64,000 nt of DNA from an uncultured cyanobacterium. Its GTDB lineage: Bacteria; Cyanobacteriota; Cyanobacteriia; Phormidesmidales; Phormidesmidaceae. This document shows, piece by piece, positions 32,106-40,965 of the stretch (position 1 is the first letter of the stretch; each line of letters opens with the position of its first letter). The position numbers were made by a program, and so were the translations under genes. Location: the NCBI GenBank assembly GCA_963793265.1, contig CAWBZI010000001.1:96001-160000 (forward strand), given 5' to 3'. The notes under the pieces are model-generated. The model did not search any database, was not told where the DNA came from, and saw nothing but the letters and a program-made list of their open reading frames with translations.

Positions 32106-32346
32106 GGTAAAAAACCTATAGGAAGTTTTGTAAAAGACTTGTTTTCGGAAGTCGGCTATCGCTATTCTAAAGCTCTACTAAACCAGGACACTGCGGTGCA
32201 TCGATACGTTGGCCGCACTTCATTTGCGGCGCGATCACGCCTTAGCGCAATGTGTTCGTGTATTAGCTATATATCTGGGTAATTTGATATAAGAGATCAA
32301 GCCCAGCTCCTGCCCTCCTACGGAAGAAAGATTTTTTTACAGCCCT

Positions 32347-33453
32347 ATGAACATCTGGACGTTTGTGTACTTGGTCATAGGATTAGTTTTATTAGTAGGT
32401 GGGGCGGAAGTTTTAGTCAAAGGCGCTTCTAAATTAGCGGCTACCATCGGCATATCGCCCCTCATCATTGGCTTAACGGTAGTGGCCTTTGGCACCAGTG
32501 CCCCAGAACTTGCCGTCAGCATCAATGCCAGCTTGCACAACCAGGCCGATATCGCACTCGGCAATGTCGTTGGCAGCAACATCTGCAATATTTTGCTAAT
32601 CCTCGGCGTATCGTCACTCATCGCCCCTCTAGTCGTTGCCCAGCAGCTCGTGCGGCTCGACGTACCGATTATGATCGGCGTTTCGGGGCTTGTCATGCTC
32701 TTTGGGCTCGATGGCAACATAGGCCGCTCCGATGGGGTGGTCTTATTTGTGGGTGGCCTTATTTACACCTTATTTTTGCTGTATCAAAGCCGGAAAGAGA
32801 AAGACCAAAACGTTCAGGATGAGTATGCCAAGTTTGGAGAGCGATCGCTTTCCAAAAAAGACACAGCTACCAACGCTGGCTTGTTTATTGTTGGCGCAAT
32901 CATGCTGGTATCCGGCTCTCATTTATTAGTCGATAGCGCAGTCAGTATCGCCACCTTCTTCGGTGCTAGTCCATTAATCATTGGATTAACCGTCGTCGCC
33001 TTCGGGACTTCTTTACCCGAGCTAGCGACTTCAGTACTAGCCAGCTTTCGCGGCGAACGTGATATTGCTGTCGGCAATGTTATCGGCAGCAATATCTTCA
33101 ACATTTTGGTAGTGCTAGGGCTCACCAGCACCGTTTCTGGCACTGGCATCAACGTCTCAATTGAAGCAAGAGAGTTTGACATCCCCATCATGATCGCAGT
33201 CGCGGTGATGTGCTTTCCTATCTTCTTCACCGACAATCAGGTATCCAGGCGCGAGGGCATTTTGCTACTCGCCTACTACTTGCTGTACATCGGCTACCTA
33301 CTCGCCAACGCGACCAATCCAAATTCCTTCTGGGTCGGCTGGATTGGCATGGCAGTCGTGCCTTTAACGCTGCTGATGCTGGGGCTTTTGAGCTGGCGCA
33401 CTTGGGCGACGATGAAGCAAAAGAAAATAGATAAGAAGCTAGGCGATCACTAA
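32347..33453 (+). CDS. Calcium/sodium (CaCA, YrbG-type) antiporter
   Basis: Two alpha repeats GTS(A/L)PEL ... GNV(V/I)GSNI.N. Confidence 0.92.
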   Translation: MNIWTFVYLVIGLVLLVGGAEVLVKGASKLAATIGISPLIIGLTVVAFGTSAPELAVSINASLHNQADIALGNVVGSNICNILLILGVSSLIAPLVVAQQLVRLDVPIMIGVSGLVMLFGLDGNIGRSDGVVLFVGGLIYTLFLLYQSRKEKDQNVQDEYAKFGERSLSKKDTATNAGLFIVGAIMLVSGSHLLVDSAVSIATFFGASPLIIGLTVVAFGTSLPELATSVLASFRGERDIAVGNVIGSNIFNILVVLGLTSTVSGTGINVSIEAREFDIPIMIAVAVMCFPIFFTDNQVSRREGILLLAYYLLYIGYLLANATNPNSFWVGWIGMAVVPLTLLMLGLLSWRTWATMKQKKIDKKLGDH

Positions 33454-33473
33454 CAGCTAAGCCTCAAGAACGG

Positions 33474-34196
33474 TTAAGCCTCAGGTTCTACGCCTAAATT
33501 TCTAAGCTGTTCAGCCAGTCGGGCCGCTCTATGTTCGGCTTGCTGAGCCTCGAGCGTGGCTTGCCTTGCAGATTCCTCAGCTTGCCTTGCTTCCTCAACG
33601 GCTTGCCTCGCGGCTTCTGGCGGTGTCATAACCAGATCGCCGTTTTCTAAGAAGTACCGCAGTTGACCGTTGTAAACGCCTAGATGTAAGCCCATTACCT
33701 GACTCCATAAGAAGCCTGCCTGATTGTGCTCAATAGGTTGGTAGGTTCGATCAATGAGACGATAGCCTTCTAGCTCTAGGGTTTCAGGTGAAAACCAAAA
33801 GTATTCTGGCGTACGAAAGCGAGTTTGATACAGCTCTTTCTTCAGCGTTTTATCAACTTTTGCAGTGGAGTCTGAGAGCAGTTCAATAATGACATCAGGA
33901 TACTGTCCTGCCTCTTCCCAAACTACCCACGATTTTCGCGGTTTCTTTTCAGTTTGATTCACTAAGAAAAAGTCTGGGCCACGAAAGTCGCGGTTTTTTA
34001 GCTGCTCTTTGCTGAAATAAATGGTGAGATTTGCACCGATGAAAAAATCCGTTCGATCTCTCCACAGCCATTCTAAGCAGGCCACCAGTAGGGCGAGCTG
34101 AGCGTAGTGTAGGGAACTTTCCATTTCAGGCTCGTTACTTTCTATTTGGGAGGCGTCTGGCATGAGATCGGCCAGTTCGCGAGCGCTAAAAACCAT
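33474..34196 (-). CDS. Uma2 (DUF820) family endonuclease-fold protein
   Basis: MESSLH, RGPDFF, YPDVIIELLS.ST, EYFWFSP; coiled C-terminus. Confidence 0.88.
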   Translation of the reverse strand: MVFSARELADLMPDASQIESNEPEMESSLHYAQLALLVACLEWLWRDRTDFFIGANLTIYFSKEQLKNRDFRGPDFFLVNQTEKKPRKSWVVWEEAGQYPDVIIELLSDSTAKVDKTLKKELYQTRFRTPEYFWFSPETLELEGYRLIDRTYQPIEHNQAGFLWSQVMGLHLGVYNGQLRYFLENGDLVMTPPEAARQAVEEARQAEESARQATLEAQQAEHRAARLAEQLRNLGVEPEA

Positions 34197-34228
34197 GGCT
34201 CATTTTGCTTATAAAGGGCACGATACTT

Positions 34229-35851
34229 TCATTGTACGGTGATTTTTTCCACCGTTTGCTGTAAAGCTGAATTGAGCACTTTGGCTAAGTGCATCGGATC
34301 GACGCCAAGTAGCGATCGCTCCTCACTCGCTTTAATAGCCGCCTGAGAATGCCACCAAACCGCACTACAAACAGAGGACGTAAGTGAATCAGGCTGATTT
34401 TTCCACTGACCAGACTGTGCGGCACTTGCAAGCAGCCCGCCCATAAGACCTGTGAGTACATCACCGCTACCACCTCGGGCAAGTGCGGGTGTACTCTGTG
34501 GATTGAACCAAAGGTTTTGACCAGAATCTAGACCAGAGGCGATCACACTTCTTGGCCCCTTCAACAAAATAATGGCGCTACTCACCTGAGCCGCCTTCAA
34601 CGCCATCTCTCCCGGCCAACCCTTTTCACCGTGAAGGTCTGGGAACAAACGCTTAAACTCACCGGGGTGAGGGGTTAGGACGGTGGGCGCTGTGCGATCT
34701 TGAAGCGTTTGAATAGGATTATTTTTTGCTAGTAGGTTCAAGCCATCGGCATCTAAAAGCAGTGGGCACTCAGCAGCGAGAACTTGTTGAAGGAGAGCTG
34801 GGACGGTTGGGGTAAGGCCGGGGCCAAGGGCGATCGCATCATATTTACTTAAGTCCAAATCATCAGGCAAAGCAGCGATCGCCCCCGATTCTGTTTCTGC
34901 GCATCCTACTAACAAAGCCCCCGGCAACTGCGGCAGCAGGGCTAATCGAATAGACTCCGGCACTGCCAAAGTGAGCATTCCAACACCGCTAGCCGTAGCG
35001 CCTAAGCCCGTCAGCAAAGCAGCGCCCGCATACTGGCGCGAACCGGCAATCAGCAGCAGATGACCGGCTTTGTATTTGTGTGCGGTGAGGGCGCGATTGA
35101 GAGGGAGATGGGCGATCGCAAACTCATCTGTAATCCGCTGAATCGCAGGCTTCGCGCCCAACACCGCCGTTATATCCGCCAGCGGAATATCAAAATCAAT
35201 CAGGTCGCACTGTCCCAAATGAGCCAGCGCCTCTTCTTGCATAAAGCCTCGTTTCCACAGACCTAGACAGGCCGTGAAGTTTGCCTTAATAGCTGCGCCC
35301 ATTACCTCGCCGGTATCGGTATGAATGCCAGAGGGTAAATCGATGCTGAAGATGAGCGATCGCGTTTCATTAACCGCTTTAATATCATCTGCCAGCGAGC
35401 CCTCAATATCACGCGTCAGGCCAAACCCAAACCAACCATCGACAATGGCATCGCACTCAGCGAGTTCTCTCACCGTTTCGACAAAAGGAACGCCCAAACT
35501 TTTAACATAGTGCGCGTGCTGTTCGGTCAGCGGCTTCAGGCTACCAAAGGGCTGATACACCCTTACCGCGAAGCCTGCAAAGTGAAGCTCCCGAGCGACT
35601 ACCAGCGCATCGCCGCCATTATGACCGGGGCCAGCTAGCACGCCAACCTCAGCATTTTCTATCTCACAGCGCGCCATAAACCAATCAACCAGCCGCCCCG
35701 AGACTTTCTCCATCAGAGCGGATACCGGCATTCCTGCATCGAAGATGCGCTGCTCTACCTGCTGCATTTGCTCAGCAGTCACAATAAAAGGCGCAATCTC
35801 ATCGCGAGAAAGCAACCGTTTCGAGATGCTATCGCCTGATTTTACGCTCAT
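34229..35851 (-). CDS. nnr: Bifunctional NAD(P)H-hydrate epimerase/dehydratase
   Basis: GPGHNGGD, DLPSG, DADGLN, TPHPGEF, GGSGDVLTG. Confidence 0.92.
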   Translation of the reverse strand: MSVKSGDSISKRLLSRDEIAPFIVTAEQMQQVEQRIFDAGMPVSALMEKVSGRLVDWFMARCEIENAEVGVLAGPGHNGGDALVVARELHFAGFAVRVYQPFGSLKPLTEQHAHYVKSLGVPFVETVRELAECDAIVDGWFGFGLTRDIEGSLADDIKAVNETRSLIFSIDLPSGIHTDTGEVMGAAIKANFTACLGLWKRGFMQEEALAHLGQCDLIDFDIPLADITAVLGAKPAIQRITDEFAIAHLPLNRALTAHKYKAGHLLLIAGSRQYAGAALLTGLGATASGVGMLTLAVPESIRLALLPQLPGALLVGCAETESGAIAALPDDLDLSKYDAIALGPGLTPTVPALLQQVLAAECPLLLDADGLNLLAKNNPIQTLQDRTAPTVLTPHPGEFKRLFPDLHGEKGWPGEMALKAAQVSSAIILLKGPRSVIASGLDSGQNLWFNPQSTPALARGGSGDVLTGLMGGLLASAAQSGQWKNQPDSLTSSVCSAVWWHSQAAIKASEERSLLGVDPMHLAKVLNSALQQTVEKITVQ

Positions 35852-35952
35852 GAACTACGCCTCTTTACCTGCAAGCATCCGGGGCATACCAGCTACCTGA
35901 TCGCCCCTATATACCTGTCTATGATGGCGTATCAGTAGAACACGATGCGTCC

Positions 35953-36771
<819 letters not shown>

Positions 36772-36943
36772 TTACTTAAATAACCGACAGGTTTACAGTT
36801 GCTACATGAAAATACCGTAAACCTTGAGGCCGTTGAAGCAAAAGGCTGAATCGATTGGCCCAGCTTCACAATTCCAGGTTGTGCTTTACGAATACGTGAA
36901 GCTGGCGCAGTGTGGGAACGAAAGTATCAAAGTTGATAAAAGA

Positions 36944-36978
36944 AGCGCCGCTTTAGCTGAAAAGTCTAAGGCGGCGCT
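36944..36978 (-). terminator. Intrinsic terminator after DUF2808-like gene
   Basis: AGCGCCGCTTTAG...CTAAGGCGGCGCT hairpin followed by TCTTTT on the minus strand. Confidence 0.65.
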
Positions 36979-37016
36979 CGTGGGTTAGGTTGCCCATATC
37001 CATCAGCAAAAGTTAA

Positions 37017-37635
37017 TTAGTGCCGGAAAAAACGCCGACGGGTAGGCGCGTAGAAATCGAGCCGTTCGACTCCGGCATACTGCCCTTCGATGGCTCCGAC
37101 TGGAAAAGCAGTGAGCCGGTATATGTAGATGCCATCACGCGGATTGCGAGCTTTTAGTGCGACTGTGACCGGACGGCCCGGCTCAACGGGTGGGTCAAAT
37201 TCTACGGTGAGGGTTCTTTCAGAGCGACCGCCATCTACTACATTTAGAGGCAGGCGATCGCGGCTATCAGCATCAAATGCGTAGCTATCGTCATCGTCAT
37301 AGCGAGGATAGTCAACGCCCTCAATCTGCTCAAACACTATCTTCTCTAACGGCTCAACCGCATCAGCCGGAAAATCAAACGTAAATAGATAGTTCGAGCG
37401 GCGATATTGCAAGTTGTTAGGGATGCGTACGTTAGTTACGCGCAGCGGCCTGCGAAAGCTGATTGCAGAATTAGTAGCCGGTGTTAGTCCCGACAGTTCA
37501 GCATGCAGGCTGAGATTCCTCAAGCTGTTCGGATGAGGAAGGGAGATTGAGGCTTTCTTGGGCTATGGCCGGAGCAAGGGACGCTACTAAAACTGAGGCA
37601 ATGGCGATTGGAAACAGGCGAGAAAGGCTAGTCAT
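37017..37635 (-). pseudogene. DUF2808-like protein; signal peptide (37635-37498) is one base out of frame with the body (37523-37017)
   Basis: Body has FDPPVEPG..VTVALKARNP...IY..TAFP; upstream ATG 37635 encodes MTSLSRLFPIAIASVLVASLAPAIA-QE in another frame. Confidence 0.55.
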
Positions 37636-37734
37636 GGGGAGCGATCGCAAGCAGCATCCACTAAATTCTAAATTAAATAAAGTTGAATCAACAAAACCTT
37701 TGCCCTACCATGCCAACAGCCCTTCCTTTCCTAA

Positions 37735-39132
37735 ATGCTTTTATCCATCACCACCACTCACCAGCCCGCAACCGATCTGGGCCATCTGCTACACAAGCAC
37801 CCCGATCGCCTTCAGACCTTTCCGATGAACTTTGGGCCGGTGAGCTGTGGAAAAGCACACGTGTTTTACCCAGAGGCCACCACTGAAAGCTGTACGGTGT
37901 TGCTGTTGCTAGAAGTCGATCCGGCTGGGCGTGATAAGTCAGCTTTTGAAAAGCAAAGTGTGCTCAACCAAACCATCAACGATCGGCCCTATGTGGCCTC
38001 GTCTTTTCTGAGCGTAGCGATGCTCAAGGTGTTCAAAACTGCAATGCTAGGCCGTTCTACAGATCGCCCCGGTTTGGCGCTTAGCCAAATTCCATTGACC
38101 GTAAGCATCCCTGTTTTACCCTGTAGAGGTGGAGAGTTCTTTTTACAGCAGCTATTCGAGCCGTTAGGCTATGAAGCTACGGGCGATCCAATTCCTTTAG
38201 ATCAAACCTTTTCAGATTGGGGAGAAAGTAATTATCTCTCCGTCACGCTCAAGAATACTGTTCGACTAGCTGACTTGCTCAATCATCTATGTGTATTGAT
38301 TCCTGCGTTGGATGATGAAAAATACGATTGGCTAGTAGCAGAGGACATTCATAGACTGTTGCAGCGAGGAGAGAAATGGTTAGCGAAGCATCCAGCGAGA
38401 GAGGTGATCGCCCGCAGGTATCAGCCCCAAAAGCCACGCTACTCTAATGCACCGCTGGCCCGGTTAGAAGAAGACATCTCTTTCGACGCTGAAGCAGAAG
38501 AGAGAGAATATGTTTGGAAGGCGATCGCAGCTCAAAAGCCCAATAATCTACAGCAGCGCCGACTGACCGCAGTCGTTGAAGTACTAAAGGAGCGGGGTGC
38601 TAAGAATGTCGTTGACCTTGGCTGCGGGGAAGGCGATTTACTCGAAAAGCTAAGTGAAGATGATTTGTTTGAGAAGATCGTAGGTGTTGATGTCTCTCAG
38701 CTTGCGATCAGTCAGGCCAGGAAGAAATTGAATTTAGATGACATTTCAGAATCACAGCGCCCACAAGTTTTACAGGGTTCGCTGCTGTATGAGGACGAGC
38801 GATTACAAGGTTGTGATGCGTTGACCATAGTAGAAGTTATCGAGCATATTAATAGCGATCGCCTCCCCGAATTCGAGCATATCGTCTTTGAATTCATACG
38901 GCCAAAAACAATTATTCTAACGACCCCAAATGCTGAATACAACGTGCGCTATCCAATGCCACTAGGCGCATTCCGCGATCCAGACCACCGTTTTGAATGG
39001 ACTCGACAGGAATTTAAGAAGTGGGCTGAGGCGATCGCTAAGCAATACGGCTACACGCTCACCGTCACGGGCATTGGTGATGAGTATTTTGAGCTAGGAA
39101 CGCCGACGCAGATGGGTGTGTTTTGCAGATGA
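37735..39132 (+). CDS. hen1: 3'-terminal RNA ribose 2'-O-methyltransferase Hen1
   Basis: Hen1-N ATDLG.LLHKHP, NDRPYVASSFLSVA; MTase DLGCGEG, EVIEH, TTPN.EYN, R..DHRFEWTR.EF. Confidence 0.93.
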   Translation: MLLSITTTHQPATDLGHLLHKHPDRLQTFPMNFGPVSCGKAHVFYPEATTESCTVLLLLEVDPAGRDKSAFEKQSVLNQTINDRPYVASSFLSVAMLKVFKTAMLGRSTDRPGLALSQIPLTVSIPVLPCRGGEFFLQQLFEPLGYEATGDPIPLDQTFSDWGESNYLSVTLKNTVRLADLLNHLCVLIPALDDEKYDWLVAEDIHRLLQRGEKWLAKHPAREVIARRYQPQKPRYSNAPLARLEEDISFDAEAEEREYVWKAIAAQKPNNLQQRRLTAVVEVLKERGAKNVVDLGCGEGDLLEKLSEDDLFEKIVGVDVSQLAISQARKKLNLDDISESQRPQVLQGSLLYEDERLQGCDALTIVEVIEHINSDRLPEFEHIVFEFIRPKTIILTTPNAEYNVRYPMPLGAFRDPDHRFEWTRQEFKKWAEAIAKQYGYTLTVTGIGDEYFELGTPTQMGVFCR

Positions 39133-40895
39133 AGTTAACTATTCCAACGCGATCACTCGTAATTCTAATGGGTGCTTCAGGCTCAGGAAAGTCTTCCTTC
39201 GCTAAAAAGCACTTTAAAGCAACAGAAATTCTATCGTCTGATAAGTTCAGAGCAATGGTGCGCGACGATGAAAGCGATCAGTCAGCCTCTAAAGATGCTT
39301 TTGACGTGCTGCACTATGTGCTGAGAAAGCGGCTAGCGGCGGGGCGGCTGACGGTGATAGATGCGACGAATGTACGCTCGAAAGACAGGCGGTCTTTGCT
39401 GAAGCTAGCGGAGGAGTATCAGGTGAGTGTGGTTGCGATCGCCCTCAACCTTCCAGAGTCAATCTGCCAAAAGCGCAACCAGCAACGGCCAAATCGGCAG
39501 GTACCTTCTGAAGTGGTGAGTAATCAGGTGGAGAGTTTGGGGCGATCGCTAGCCAACCTAAACCAAGCAAGATTTCACCATGTCTATATCCTCACCACTC
39601 CCGAAGAAATTGACGCTGTTGAAATAGAACGAAAACAAATCTCCAAGCCCCACAGCGACAGGCTAAACGTCACCCATCTACTCGGTAAAAAAGTACTGGC
39701 TACTCGTCTCTACAAAAAGATCACCCTCAGACCAGAAAACACCGCCGCTGCCCTAGAAGTCATAAGCCGGTTCGCTCTCAATCCAAAATGGCTAATCTAC
39801 CTACCGCCCACTACCCCACCTGTAGAAACCTCAACCCTTCCTAACTTTTTAGAGCACCCCACAGCCGCCTTCGACTACTACCGTCAGCAAGGCGTCGAAA
39901 CCCTTATGTGTCAAGAAAAACATATGGGAACGCGAGCCGTCATCATCCTATGTCGCAACGAATCGGTGGTGCAAAAGCGATTCGGTCTATCAGAAGCCAG
40001 TATCGGCACCTGCTACACGCGCACCGGACGACGTTTTTTTGACAATTCAGCTTTAGAAAAAGACTTTTTAACGCGCATAAGTGACGCTTTGACCCAGGCG
40101 AACTTTTGGAAAACATTTGCAACTGATTGGATCTGCTTTGAAGGCGAGATAATGCCCTGGTCGCTCAAAGCGAAAGGACTCATAAAACACCGATACGCCG
40201 CAGTTGGAACAGCCGCTACGCACGGACTAGACGCTGCTATCAATCATCTCAAAAGCGCCAATAGCCGCATAGATGTCTCCAACGTGCTATCTCAATATCA
40301 ACATAAAAAAGAGCTATCCCAACAGTACGTAGCTGCCTACCGTAAGCACTGCTGGCCGGTCAATGAACTTTCAGATTTGAAGCTAGCGCCCTTTCACATT
40401 CTGGCAACCGAAGGCAAAGTCCATACCGACAAAACGCATGAATGGCATATGCAGCAAATTGCCAAATGGACTCAGTTTAATACCGAGCTGCTGCTCTCTA
40501 CTCGCTATAAAACCGTTCACGTAAATGATGAAAATAGCTGCGCAGAAGGCATTCGCTGGTGGGAAGATCTGACGGCGGCGGGCGGCGATGGCATAGTGAT
40601 CAAGCCTATGGATTTTATTCACCAGGGGCAAAAGGGAGTTGTGCAACCGGCTTTGAAATGTCGAGGGATGGAGGCTTTGCGGCTGGTGTATGGGCCGGAG
40701 TATTCGCTGCCAGAGAATTTGGTGCGGTTGAAGAAAAGGGGATTGGGGAAGAAACGTGCGATCGCCTTTAGAGAATTCGCACTAGGCATAGAATCCTTAG
40801 AACGATTCGTCAATAAAAACTCACTCCAAGACGTTCACGAGTGCGTGTTTGGAATTCTCGCCCTGGAAAGTGAGTCTGTAGACCCCAGACTGTGA
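39129..40895 (+). CDS. pnkp: Pnkp variant: polynucleotide kinase + RNA ligase, no metallophosphoesterase domain
   Basis: GASGSGKS, SSD..R, DATN kinase; ligase EKHMGTR, YTRTGR, APFHILATEG, KP, C-terminal ESESVDPRL; ATGA overlap with hen1 stop. Confidence 0.88.
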   Translation: MKLTIPTRSLVILMGASGSGKSSFAKKHFKATEILSSDKFRAMVRDDESDQSASKDAFDVLHYVLRKRLAAGRLTVIDATNVRSKDRRSLLKLAEEYQVSVVAIALNLPESICQKRNQQRPNRQVPSEVVSNQVESLGRSLANLNQARFHHVYILTTPEEIDAVEIERKQISKPHSDRLNVTHLLGKKVLATRLYKKITLRPENTAAALEVISRFALNPKWLIYLPPTTPPVETSTLPNFLEHPTAAFDYYRQQGVETLMCQEKHMGTRAVIILCRNESVVQKRFGLSEASIGTCYTRTGRRFFDNSALEKDFLTRISDALTQANFWKTFATDWICFEGEIMPWSLKAKGLIKHRYAAVGTAATHGLDAAINHLKSANSRIDVSNVLSQYQHKKELSQQYVAAYRKHCWPVNELSDLKLAPFHILATEGKVHTDKTHEWHMQQIAKWTQFNTELLLSTRYKTVHVNDENSCAEGIRWWEDLTAAGGDGIVIKPMDFIHQGQKGVVQPALKCRGMEALRLVYGPEYSLPENLVRLKKRGLGKKRAIAFREFALGIESLERFVNKNSLQDVHECVFGILALESESVDPRL

Positions 40896-40965
40896 TATTA
40901 AAGGCCACATAGCGTTACGATCAGACAAAGCGCGATCGCCTCAACTCCATAAACCTCTCCCTTTT

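Noticed and set aside
32160..32345. Cation-sensing riboswitch upstream of the CaCA antiporter
   Set aside because: A GCCGCA...TGCGGC hairpin is present, but no yybP-ykoY or Na+ riboswitch consensus could be matched by eye
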